Origin: Myxococcales bacterium | Lineage (GTDB): Bacteria > Myxococcota_A > Polyangia > Polyangiales > DASUME01 | Reading direction: 5' to 3' | Length of the DNA stretch: 64,000 bases | Assembly: GCA_047601445.1 (NCBI GenBank) | Contig: JASGJH010000001.1 | Span: 2,048,001-2,112,000, forward strand | Shown: positions 10,245 to 19,873 of the stretch, in pieces | How the letters are laid out: each line of letters begins with the position of its first letter | Numbering within the stretch: the stretch's first letter is position 1 | Program-made: the position numbers and the translations under genes | Notes under the pieces: model-generated | The model's input: the letters and a program-made list of their open reading frames with translations, nothing else | The model's database searches: none | What the model was told of the DNA's origin: nothing

Positions 10245-11174
10245 ATGAACACTGCATCGCGCTTTGTCCTGGGGCTGCTACTGGCAGCTGCAGGCTTCTT
10301 GCTCGACGCATCCGACGTCAAAGCCCAGGAGGTCCAGGTCACGGGTCCTCTGGCAGGTCAGCCGGCAGTGCGTCACATGCGCATTTACCGCGACGGGCGC
10401 TTTCAGATTCAGCCGTCTTTCGGTGTGACCATCGCAGACGACTTCGCCCGCGCCATGTTGGCGGGCGTGCAGCTTGGCTACCACTTCACGGACTGGATCG
10501 GCCTGAGCGCGTTCTTCGACTACAACTTGGTCCAGGGCGGCGGCATCGGTAACACCGGCCTCACCGACCAGATCACCGACCACGGCCAGACCACCAACCT
10601 GAACCGTCTGAGCTTGCCCAGCGCCGCTGGCTTCTCCGATCAGGTCGGCCGCATCAACTACCTGGCCGGTGTGCAGGCCACCTTCATCCCGCTCCGCGGC
10701 AAGCTCTCGCTGTTCCAGGCGCTGTTCGTCGATACGGACTTCTACCTGTTCGGCGGCGTGGCCTTCGCGGGCGTCGAAGAGCGCCAGAACATCCTCAAGA
10801 ACGCGATGGGCGACACGGCCTGTGACAACGCGCAGTTCGAGTCGGCGTCCAGCACGCCCGGCGCCGCTGCACAGTGCGTCCAGACCCAGAGCGCCCGCGC
10901 TTCGCGCATGGCCATCGCCCCCACCTTCGGCGTGGGCTTGTCCATGTACTTCACGGACTACTTGGCGCTGACCCTCGAGTACCGCGCGTTCCCCTTCAAG
11001 TGGAACACCTCGGGCACCGACGAAGGCGGTCAGAACAAGAACCGCCAGGCCGACAACAGCGGTCAGTTCCCCGATGGCCAGATCAACGAGGCCGACCGCA
11101 TCTTCCACTTCAACCAGATGTTCAAACTCGGCTTGGCCTTCTACCTGCCCTTCCAGGGCCGGATCACCGAATAG
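10245..11174 (+). CDS. Outer-membrane beta-barrel protein, GltA/GltB-type (tandem paralog)
   Basis: Signal peptide; RFQIQPSFGVT, PLRGKLSLF, DFYLFGGVAF, C-terminal LGLAFYLP. Paralogous to the upstream barrel. Confidence 0.75.
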   Translation: MNTASRFVLGLLLAAAGFLLDASDVKAQEVQVTGPLAGQPAVRHMRIYRDGRFQIQPSFGVTIADDFARAMLAGVQLGYHFTDWIGLSAFFDYNLVQGGGIGNTGLTDQITDHGQTTNLNRLSLPSAAGFSDQVGRINYLAGVQATFIPLRGKLSLFQALFVDTDFYLFGGVAFAGVEERQNILKNAMGDTACDNAQFESASSTPGAAAQCVQTQSARASRMAIAPTFGVGLSMYFTDYLALTLEYRAFPFKWNTSGTDEGGQNKNRQADNSGQFPDGQINEADRIFHFNQMFKLGLAFYLPFQGRITE

Positions 11175-11208
11175 CCCGAGCGTCCGGGCCTCAAGCCCCG
11201 AACGCACG

Positions 11209-11247
11209 AACGCGCTGGTGAGCTCTTCACCAGCGCGTTTTGCTTTT
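11209..11247 (+). terminator. Rho-independent terminator
   Basis: Perfect 13-bp stem AACGCGCTGGTGA/TCACCAGCGCGTT with a 5-nt loop, followed by TTGCTTTT. Confidence 0.85.
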
Positions 11248-11278
11248 GGGGGCTGCCCCTTCCGAGTGGTTCCGAGAG

Positions 11279-11995
11279 CTAGCGGCGACGCGGAAGCCCG
11301 CTGGGATCGAGCGCAAAGCCATCGGGCAGACGGCCAGCCCGTGCCGGATCCACGGACCAGGCGCGCGTGGTGAAGCCGTCGAGCAGTCGGGCCTTGGTGC
11401 GCATGCTGTCCTCGCGGCCCAGGAGCTCCAGGAGCGCCTCGCGGGCCTCCGACGCGTCTTCCTCCTGTGCGAACAGCGCCCCCACGGCGTGGAAGCGAGC
11501 CGTCTCGTTCACGTCCTTGAGGAAGGGCAAAACCACCTGGACCACACCCGGCCCCCGCCGGCTCTCGAGCTCGGCCAAGAGCTGCAGCTTGCGGGTGGGG
11601 TCGCGCTCGTACTCGGTATCCATGGAGCCCATCAGCTCGAGCAGGATGGCCAACACATCGTCGGCCGGGAGTACGCGGTCCAGCATCTTGAGCGGCCACG
11701 AGAGCGACTCGGACTTGCGGATGAAGCGCTTCAGCGGAGCCGCAGCCAGGGTGCCCTTGGCCACGATGGACTCGAAGACGCTGTCCTTCTCCTCCTGGTC
11801 CGTGATGCTCGGATCCACATAGAAGGTGAAGCGGTGCAAGAGCGCTTCGATGGCTTCTTCACTCTCGATGCGCGAGAGGGCCTGCAGGGCCTCCCAGCGA
11901 TCGGGCGCCATCCCCCGCTTGTCGGCGGCCTTGACGGCCAGCTTCTGGACCGGAGAGGAAGGGCTTTTCTTATTTAGGAAGTCGAACAGTCCCAC
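11279..11995 (-). CDS. HEAT-repeat protein
   Basis: 238 aa, helical; PFLKDVNETARFHAVGAL HEAT-like motif. Follows the MXAN_5187-like gene. Confidence 0.7.
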   Translation of the reverse strand: MGLFDFLNKKSPSSPVQKLAVKAADKRGMAPDRWEALQALSRIESEEAIEALLHRFTFYVDPSITDQEEKDSVFESIVAKGTLAAAPLKRFIRKSESLSWPLKMLDRVLPADDVLAILLELMGSMDTEYERDPTRKLQLLAELESRRGPGVVQVVLPFLKDVNETARFHAVGALFAQEEDASEAREALLELLGREDSMRTKARLLDGFTTRAWSVDPARAGRLPDGFALDPSGLPRRR

Positions 11996-12099
11996 GAGAT
12001 TGGCGATGGCTTACCCGACCCCCAAGCCGACCGCAACGCGTTTGCCGTGGGGAGCCTCGATCGGAACCGTGCGGCTCCGTAGGCCCGCCCACGCGGCGT

Positions 12100-13605
12100 T
12101 CAGCGGATGAGCACCGGCTGGAGGTTTACCTGGGCGCCGTTCTTCTGGACCACGAAGCGCACGCCGCGTACGCCGTGCTTCTTGACCAGGGCTTGCTCGT
12201 TGCCCTTCAGGCGCTGGGTGAAGCGATCTTCGGGGATGTTGATGTTCTCGCCGAGGGCCTTCTTGGCCGCCACGTACTCCTGGAAGACGCGCTTGTAATA
12301 GGTGTCCTCCGGCTCGGCGCTCAGACGCTGCGCGAGCGCCGGATCGTCGATGGGCTCGTTGCCGCCGGACGTGGTGCCCGTGCTGAAGCCACCACCGCCC
12401 GCGGCAGCCTGCCCCTGTCCAGCGTCGGTGAACGCCGAGTCCTTCCAGTCCTGCTGGCGGACGTTGGAAACGCGGCCCTCGGAGTCCTCCGACTCCCCCT
12501 CGGAAACGCCGGTAAAGACGTTGAGCAGCTGGTTGATGCGGTACGCGAGACCGCCGAGATCGGGGTTGGTTGTGTCGAGGCGCACATCGGTGTTGCCGTT
12601 GATGGCGGCCAGCACGCCCTCCTCGATTTGCTCGATGGGCTTCACGATGCTGTTGCCCACCATGAATCCGTAGCCGAGCACCACGAGCCCGAAGACCAGG
12701 GTCAGCATGAGGATGGTGCTCGTCACGCCGCTCACCTCGGAGGCCTCGCGCGAGCGGTCAGCAATGACCGCGTAGGCGACCTTGGCCGAAGCAGCAAACG
12801 GCAGGGGCGCCACCTTACCGACCAGGTTGGTGCCGTCGACCGAAGCCTCGAAGGTTGGGCTGACGGTGCCGCCCATGGCTGCTTCGGTGGCGGCCTTGCC
12901 GGCGCCGAACAGGTAGCCGCGCAGCTGCTTGGCCACCGACTCCGAGAACGAGGAGCTGTACACCTTGTCGTCGACGAGGAAGGCCACGTCGCGGCCGCCG
13001 AGGCGCTGACCTTCGGCGCGCGCGAGGCCGTTCGAGAGGTCGTAGCCCACGACCAAGGCGCCCACGATGTTGCCGCCGTCGCCGCGCACCGCAGCCACCG
13101 ACAGTTCGAGCAGCTTGCCCTCGTCGTCCTTCTTCCAGACGTCGTGATGGGCGCCGCCGTCCTTCACCGCCGCGCGGACCGCAGGCAGGGCCGTGTCCAG
13201 ACGCGAGCCGTACATGCGGTTGCGATCGGCGTTGCGCGCCAGCACCTTGCCCGCGTCGTCGGTGATGACGACGATGTCGGGATTTCCCCTGGAGCCGCGC
13301 GCCGGGTCGCCGAACCACGCTGCGCTACGTTCAGCAGCGTCGAAGGCGCGCGTTCGGCGGCCTTCTTCGTCGAGCGCGGCGAACACACCGACCACGTCGG
13401 AGTCGCTCGCGCGCTGCTTGACGAGATCCTTGAACTCGAGTGCGGTCAGTCGCAGCGAGCGATCGATCAAGACTTGGTCATTGCCGATCTGCGCGGTGAC
13501 CTTGCCTGAGAGCTCCTGTCGAAGATCCGAACCCACAATCGCATACGACACGAGTCCCAGAAGCAGCACGGCCACTAGGTTCCCCGCGATAATCTTCAGC
13601 CGCAT
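12100..13605 (-). CDS. MXAN_5187-like membrane protein (Cache-like periplasmic domain, HAMP, conserved C-terminal domain)
   Basis: Two TM helices, HAMP-like segment, C-terminal YYKRVFQEYVAAKKALGE...VRFVVQKNG domain recognised from myxobacterial proteins. Confidence 0.7.
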   Translation of the reverse strand: MRLKIIAGNLVAVLLLGLVSYAIVGSDLRQELSGKVTAQIGNDQVLIDRSLRLTALEFKDLVKQRASDSDVVGVFAALDEEGRRTRAFDAAERSAAWFGDPARGSRGNPDIVVITDDAGKVLARNADRNRMYGSRLDTALPAVRAAVKDGGAHHDVWKKDDEGKLLELSVAAVRGDGGNIVGALVVGYDLSNGLARAEGQRLGGRDVAFLVDDKVYSSSFSESVAKQLRGYLFGAGKAATEAAMGGTVSPTFEASVDGTNLVGKVAPLPFAASAKVAYAVIADRSREASEVSGVTSTILMLTLVFGLVVLGYGFMVGNSIVKPIEQIEEGVLAAINGNTDVRLDTTNPDLGGLAYRINQLLNVFTGVSEGESEDSEGRVSNVRQQDWKDSAFTDAGQGQAAAGGGGFSTGTTSGGNEPIDDPALAQRLSAEPEDTYYKRVFQEYVAAKKALGENINIPEDRFTQRLKGNEQALVKKHGVRGVRFVVQKNGAQVNLQPVLIR

Positions 13606-13884
13606 ATCGGCATCTCCCCCGCGGTCGGTGGTATCACCGACGCTCGATTCTGGTCAAGAGTCTCAACAGTTTAGGGAGCTTCGGTGCCCGTGGAAACAAA
13701 CGAGCAATCCCCGTCGCACAAAAAGTCGCACCGGCCCTCGCCAAGCCCCCGCACATGATGCCCCAAAACTCGCAGAAGCGGAGAGCGCACGTCTATGCTG
13801 CGCACGGACTTTTGCTCGCGGCCCGGGCATTCTGCTCGCGCGCAGGCCCAGTGTGCTCCCCAAGTCGCCCATGCCCTCTGCTCC

Positions 13885-15213
13885 ATGACCACTCGAAGCT
13901 GCCCTGTCTTTTGTGAAACTGCGGAGCTCGCGGTCGAGGCCGCAGCGATCGCGCAGGGGCTCGCTCTCGGCGTTCAGACCCAGCTCTCGTCGAACCCGCT
14001 GGACGCCGCGGCGCGCGCGGCCCGGCCCGGTGAGCCCGCGGTTGCGCTCTGCCTGTCGGTTCCGGAGCCAGCAGCGCTGGTTTCCGCACTGGACGCTTGT
14101 TCCGCGACCGATCTGGTGGTCTTGGCCGCCATCGCCGATCGCGAGGCGCACGCACGCGGGCTGGCCGCGGACCTGGGATTCGCGTGCGTGACGGAGGTCG
14201 GCCCCGCGCTCGCCGCGGCGGCGCTGCTCCAGAGCGGCGTGGCCCGTCCGTGGAAGGCGAGCGTCCGCAAGACCTCGGTCGTGGACAAGCTACGGCTCGA
14301 AGGTGCTCTCGGCACCAGCGAACGCGGTGCCGGCAAGCTGCTATCGGTGGGGGCGGATGGCCTGGCTTTCCAGGCTACCGACGAGTCGCCCGCCATCGCG
14401 CTCGGTCATGCGCGCGCGGCCGCGGCGGCGTTGCGGGCGCTGGCCCACCGACAGACGGGTGTGCGTGCCGTGAACCGCCCTGCGCTGCCCCACGATCTGA
14501 GCGCGGCGCGCGATGTGCTCTTCGGGCCGCCGAGGCTGCTCTCGGACCCGGCGAGCAAGGCCGCCCTGTTGCCCTTCGGGCTACCCATGCCCCAGGAAGA
14601 ACTGTGTACGAGTCCGTCGCGCGCGGCGGGCGAGGCGGCACGCATCGGCTTCCCGGTGCGCATAGCCCTGGCTTCCCCGGACCTGCGTGTGTGGGACCAC
14701 CCGGACCTGTCCGTCGACGGCGTGGACAACGCAGCGCGCGTCCGCGACGTGTACCGCCAGCTCATGTCCGTCGCGGAGGAGCGAGCCCCCAAGGCTCGAG
14801 TTTTGGGCGTCACCGTGACCGCCACGACGCTTGCGCGGGCCCTGGTCCGGGTCACGGCGCGACCGATGGCGGGCGGACGTTGTCTGTTGCGCGTGGGCTT
14901 CGCCGATCCACACGGAGCGGTCGTGCGCGATGCGACGACGACGCTGCTTCCGGCCAATGAAGAGGGCATCCAGCGCGCCATCACGCGGCTCGCCGGCCAC
15001 GCCTTGCTGCTCGGAGAGAGCGCGGCAGAACGGGAGCGCAATCTCCACCTCTTGAGCGATCTGTTCGGCCGCGTCGGTGCGTTCGTGGAAGCCTTTGGAC
15101 GTGAGATCGAGCGCGTCGACCTGCATCCGCTCGCGTTGTTGGTGGGTGAAGGCGCGGAGATCCGCGAAGCCGCCATCCAGGTGACCGACGCCTTCGTGCG
15201 AGAGCTCGGTTAG
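13885..15213 (+). CDS. Acetate-CoA ligase-like ATP-grasp protein (degenerate)
   Basis: LLSDPASKAALLPFGLPMP...IGFPVRI and IERVDLHPL match the ATP-grasp domain of ADP-forming acyl-CoA synthetases. Confidence 0.7.
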   Translation: MTTRSCPVFCETAELAVEAAAIAQGLALGVQTQLSSNPLDAAARAARPGEPAVALCLSVPEPAALVSALDACSATDLVVLAAIADREAHARGLAADLGFACVTEVGPALAAAALLQSGVARPWKASVRKTSVVDKLRLEGALGTSERGAGKLLSVGADGLAFQATDESPAIALGHARAAAAALRALAHRQTGVRAVNRPALPHDLSAARDVLFGPPRLLSDPASKAALLPFGLPMPQEELCTSPSRAAGEAARIGFPVRIALASPDLRVWDHPDLSVDGVDNAARVRDVYRQLMSVAEERAPKARVLGVTVTATTLARALVRVTARPMAGGRCLLRVGFADPHGAVVRDATTTLLPANEEGIQRAITRLAGHALLLGESAAERERNLHLLSDLFGRVGAFVEAFGREIERVDLHPLALLVGEGAEIREAAIQVTDAFVRELG

Positions 15214-18054
15214 CTCGCCTCGGCGAGCGCGCGGGCCAGGTAGTGTCCGGTGTGGGAGCGGGCTTCGCGGGCCACCTCCTCGGGTGTGCCAGCCGCCACG
15301 ACCTCACCACCGCGCGGTCCGCCCTCCGGCCCCATGTCGAGCACGAAGTCGGCGCAGCGGATCAAATCGAGCTGGTGCTCCACCACAATCACCGTGTTGC
15401 CGGCGGCCACCAAGCGATCGAGCAGCTCGATCAGCAGCGCGACGTCCTGGAAATGCAGGCCAGTGGTGGGTTCGTCGAGCACCAGCAGCGTACGACCGGT
15501 CACCTTGCGGGCCAGCTCCCGGGCCAGCTTGATGCGCTGGGCCTCGCCCCCCGAAAGGGTGTTGGCGGGCTGACCGAGCGCCAGGTAGCCGAGCCCTACC
15601 TCCGAGAGCGCCGCCAGCTTGGCAGCTAGCTTGGGCACGGGCGCGAAGAGCTCGCGTGCATCCTGAATGCTCATCCGCAGCACGTCGGCCACGCTGTAAC
15701 CGCGGTAGCGCACCTCGAGGGTCTCGCGATCGTAGCGCTGGCCACCGCAGCTCTCGCAGACCACGAACACATCCGGCAGGAACTGCATGTCCACGCGGAC
15801 GAGGCCGTCGCCTTTGCACACCTCGCAGCGCCCGCCTTTGACGTTGAAACTGAAACGCGCGGGACCGTATGCGCGCGCCCGCGCCTCGGGCAAGGTCGCG
15901 AACAATTCGCGGATGTCGTCGAAGGCACCCACGTACGAGGCCGGGCTCGAGCGCGGCGTGCGCCCGATGGGGGCCTGATCGACTTCGATCACCCGGTCGA
16001 AACGCTCGGCGCCGCGTAGCTCCACACCCAGGGGCATTTCGCCGCGCAGCACACCCTTGGCCGCTGGCAACAACGTGTCCACGATCAACGAGGACTTGCC
16101 GCTGCCGCTCACACCCGTGACGCAGCTCAGTGCCGCGATGGGCAGGCGCACCGAGACGTCCTTCAGGTTGTGCAACCGCGCGCCGCGCAGCTCGAGCCAC
16201 TGGCTAGGGACCCGCCTTCGACTTGGCGTCTTGATGCGTGTACGCCCGCTCAGATAGGCCCCCGTGGGTGACTCGGCCACGCGTGCGATCTCGCCGGGGC
16301 CCCCCTGCGCGATCACGCGGCCGCCCTGCACGCCGGCGCCCGGTCCCAGGTCGATCACGTGATCCGCCGCGCGAATGGTGGCCTCGTCGTGCTCCACCAC
16401 CAGCACGCTATTGCCCTGATCCCGCAATCGTTCGAGGCTCGCCACCAGTCGTTCGTTGTCCCGCGCGTGCAGGCCCGCAGAAGGCTCGTCGAGCACGTAG
16501 AGCACGCTCACCAGTCCGGAGCCGATCTGCGTGGCGAGCCGGATGCGCTCCACCTCCCCCCCGGACAGCGTGGACGCGCTGCGGTCGAGCGAGAGGTAGT
16601 CGAGCCCGAGATCGAGCAAGGCCGTCACGCGAGACCCGATATCGCGCAGGAGGCGCTCGGTGACCGGATTCTTGAGGTTGGGAGAAGAGAGCTCTGACAG
16701 GTAGGCTCCGAGACTCGCGAGCGATCGCGAGCACAGCGAAGGCAGCGTCTCGCCTTGCACCGTCACATGGCGCGCGAGCGCGTTGAGGCGGCTCCCGTGA
16801 CATTCCGGACAGGCCGTTTCGCGCGCGTAGCGCTGCAGCTCTTCTTCGAGGTATTGGAGGGTTTCCGCCAGGTCCTCCGCACGCTTGCGACGTCCGAACT
16901 CGTGGCTGCGCCGCTTCAGCCCCGGGATAACGCCCTCGTAGCCGGTTCCCTTGCCGGTTTTTGCAGGTGCATCCCCGAACAGCACCCGTTCTCGCGTGGC
17001 CTTCGGGAGCTTGGACCACGGTGCTTCGAGATTCACTTTCAGGGAGCCCGCGAGGATCGCCAACTCGCGTTGGTAAAAGGCCCCCTCTGCCCTACCCCAC
17101 GCCGCGATGGCCCCGTCCTGAAGCGACAGCTCCGCCTCCGGAACCACGAGCTCAGGCACGTAGTCCTGCGTGACGCCGAGCCCGCCGCACGTGGGGCAAG
17201 CCCCTTCCGGGCTGTTGAACGAAAAGCTCCGCGGCGTGAGCTCCGGGAAGCTCTCGCCCGTATCCACGCACACGAGGCGTTCCGACGCGAGCCAGTCGAA
17301 GCCGTCCTCCGTGGTGAAATGGGCGAACCCGCCGCTCAGCTTGTAGGCCAACTCGGTGGCCTCGCCGATGCGCTGCCGCGAACTCCCCTTGACGCGCACC
17401 CGATCCACCTGGACCTCGATGCTGTGCTGGCGTCGCGGATTCGAGCGTAATTTCCTCACCGAGGTCGCGCACTACGCCATCGATTTCGACGCGCACGAAA
17501 CCATCCTTGCGCAGGCGACTGAGCTCCTTCTCGAAGCCACCCACGCTGTCCTTGACCAGCGGGGCACCGATCACCAAGCGCACGTCCTCGGGCAGTGCGA
17601 GGATGCGGTCCACCGCCTGCTGCACGGAGAAAGCGCGCATTTCTTTGCCGCTGGTCGGGCTGTGAGGCACCCCCACCCGAGCAAAGAGGAGGCGCAAATA
17701 GTCGTAAGCCTCGGTCAACGTTCCCACGGTCGAGCGCGGGCTACGGTGACTCCCTTGCTGACGAACGCTGATGGCGGGCGACAAGCCGTCGATGCCGTCG
17801 ACGTCGGGTTTGGGCATCTGTCCGAGGAACTGCCGCGCGTACACACTCAGCGACTCCACGTAGCGGCGCTGCGCTTCCGCGTAGATGGTGTCGAAGGCGA
17901 GTGAAGACTTCCCCGACCCGCTCGGCCCCGTGATCACCACCAGCCGATTGCGTGGAATCGTGACGTGGACGTTCTTCAGATTGTGCTGCCGTGCGCCACG
18001 AACCACCAAGCTTTGCTCGCGTGGGCCGCCCACTCCCTCGCGGTCAGCCGACAT
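15210..18054 (-). CDS. uvrA: Excinuclease ABC subunit A (frameshifted at about 17440)
   Basis: [10 protein letters not shown], Walker A GPSGSGKS and GVSGSGKS, two LSGGE signatures, CxxC zinc fingers. Split across ORFs 17152..18054 and 15210..17459 by one extra base. Confidence 0.93.
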
Positions 18055-19063
18055 CGCTGCCCTGGGTCAACCGCAATGCCATGTGCATGGCGGCTAGCAT
18101 ACCGTCCGCATCTGCCTGATTGGCGCGCGCTGCGTCGTAGGCCACGCCGTGGTCCACACTGGTCCGCACGAACGGCAAGCCCCAGGTGGTATTCACGGCG
18201 GCCCCCCAATCCAGGAGCTTCGAGGCGAGCGTGGCCTGGTCGTGGAACATCGCGACGACCCCCTCGATGTCTCCCCGCTGGGCCGCTCGAAACACGGACT
18301 CGGCCGGCTCCGGCCCCTTCAACACGAGCTCTCCGCTGGCGAAGGCTGGTTCCATCGCGCTGCTTCTCAGCGCCGGCTCGATGACCTCGATCTCTTCGCG
18401 CCCGAACAGTCCGCCTTCGCCCGCATGGGGGTTCAGTCCGACCACGGTCAGGCGCCGCGGACTACGCGGGTAGAGCCGCAGCAAGGCCTCGCCCAGGTGG
18501 CGGACCGTACGTGCGACGCGCGCACCCGTGATGGCGCGGGGCAAGTCGGCCACAGCGAGGTGCGTCGTCACCAGCGCCACCCGCAGCTTCGGCCCCAAGA
18601 ACATCATGGTGACGGCGTCGTCCGCGAGTCCGGAAGCTTTCGCGAGGTATTCGGTCTGCCCGACGAACGGCTGCCCCGCGCTCACGATTGCAGCCTTGCT
18701 GGTGGGTCCCGTCACGATCGCGCGCGCCCGCCCGGCGCGCACGGCGACCGTCGCCGCCGCCAGCGCAGCCAATTGCTGGCGCCCGCCTTCGGCCGATGGG
18801 GCCCGGCATTGGATGATCTCCTCTGCGACGCTGCCCGTGTGTATGAGTCCAACCCGGCCTGGCTCGAGGCTGGTCAGCGCACCCGCATCGAGACGCTGCG
18901 CGGGTAGGCCGTGCGCGTCCGCCAGGCTGGCGAGCTGCTGCGCATCCCCAAAGAGCGCAATCGGTACAGACTCGAAAAGCTGAAGAGCAGCTTGAACGGC
19001 AACCATCGGCCCCACCCCGGCCGGGTCACCCACCGGCACGGCGAGGGGAAACGATGCGTTCAC
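18044..19063 (-). CDS. pdxA: 4-hydroxythreonine-4-phosphate dehydrogenase
   Basis: [36 protein letters not shown] and RTSVDHG motifs. Confidence 0.93.
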   Translation of the reverse strand: MNASFPLAVPVGDPAGVGPMVAVQAALQLFESVPIALFGDAQQLASLADAHGLPAQRLDAGALTSLEPGRVGLIHTGSVAEEIIQCRAPSAEGGRQQLAALAAATVAVRAGRARAIVTGPTSKAAIVSAGQPFVGQTEYLAKASGLADDAVTMMFLGPKLRVALVTTHLAVADLPRAITGARVARTVRHLGEALLRLYPRSPRRLTVVGLNPHAGEGGLFGREEIEVIEPALRSSAMEPAFASGELVLKGPEPAESVFRAAQRGDIEGVVAMFHDQATLASKLLDWGAAVNTTWGLPFVRTSVDHGVAYDAARANQADADGMLAAMHMALRLTQGSDVG

Positions 19064-19737
19064 GGAGCCTTCATTTTATAGCCTGCGCCGCGGACCGTCT
19101 CGATGGGATCCGCGGAGGAGCCGAGCTTCATGCGCAGACGGCGCACGTGGATGTCCACGGTGCGGCTGCCGCCGTAGTAGTCCACGCCCCACACGCGATC
19201 CAACAGCTGCTCACGGCTGAACACCCGTCCGCGGTTTTGGCTGAGGAATGCGAGCAACGCGAACTCCTGGTGCGTTAGCTCAATCAAGCGTCCATCGACG
19301 GTAACTTCGTGGGCCGCCAGGTCGATGCACATCGAGGCGATCTTGATGCGCTCCTTGCCGGCGAACTCACTGCGCTTCCACTCTGCGCGGCGAATTCGGG
19401 TGTAGAGCTCTACTGGGACGTAGGGCACCAACACGAAATCATCGAAACCATCGTTCGGATCCAATCGCTGTGTGGCATTGACCGTGACAGCGATCAGGGC
19501 GGGCACCTCGGCGAGGGCCGGAACTGCCCGCAATCTCATGACTGCAGCACGTCCAGCCTCGACTTGATCGATGGCTTCGACGAGGATCACGCTCGGAGGA
19601 TCCGCGGCGAAATCGTGCGCCTCCAGGTTGTCCCACAGGTCGACGGATCGCATGCGGCAACCCAATTCGCCCAAAGTTGCCATGCCCCCATCAGGACGCT
19701 CAAGAACAGCGGCACCACCGACGACTAAGATCCACAT
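19060..19737 (-). CDS. OmpR-family winged-helix regulator with atypical receiver domain
   Basis: C-terminal LTHQEFALL...SRTVDIHVRRLRMKLG...ETVRGAGY. Receiver lacks canonical catalytic residues. Confidence 0.9.
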   Translation of the reverse strand: MWILVVGGAAVLERPDGGMATLGELGCRMRSVDLWDNLEAHDFAADPPSVILVEAIDQVEAGRAAVMRLRAVPALAEVPALIAVTVNATQRLDPNDGFDDFVLVPYVPVELYTRIRRAEWKRSEFAGKERIKIASMCIDLAAHEVTVDGRLIELTHQEFALLAFLSQNRGRVFSREQLLDRVWGVDYYGGSRTVDIHVRRLRMKLGSSADPIETVRGAGYKMKAP

Positions 19738-19873
19738 GCCTTATATGCCTCGCGGGTTTCGCCCGGTTGGGAACGGAAAAAGACTAGCGATCCGCAAGGG
19801 ATGGCGCAAATGCACAAAAGGCGAAAGAACATCAGTTTTCGCTCATGTTTCCAATGCGTTCGCTTGACCCAAG

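Noticed and set aside
17430..17460. Programmed frameshift in uvrA
   Set aside because: No slippery heptamer. Similar single-base insertions in two other genes favour sequence error.
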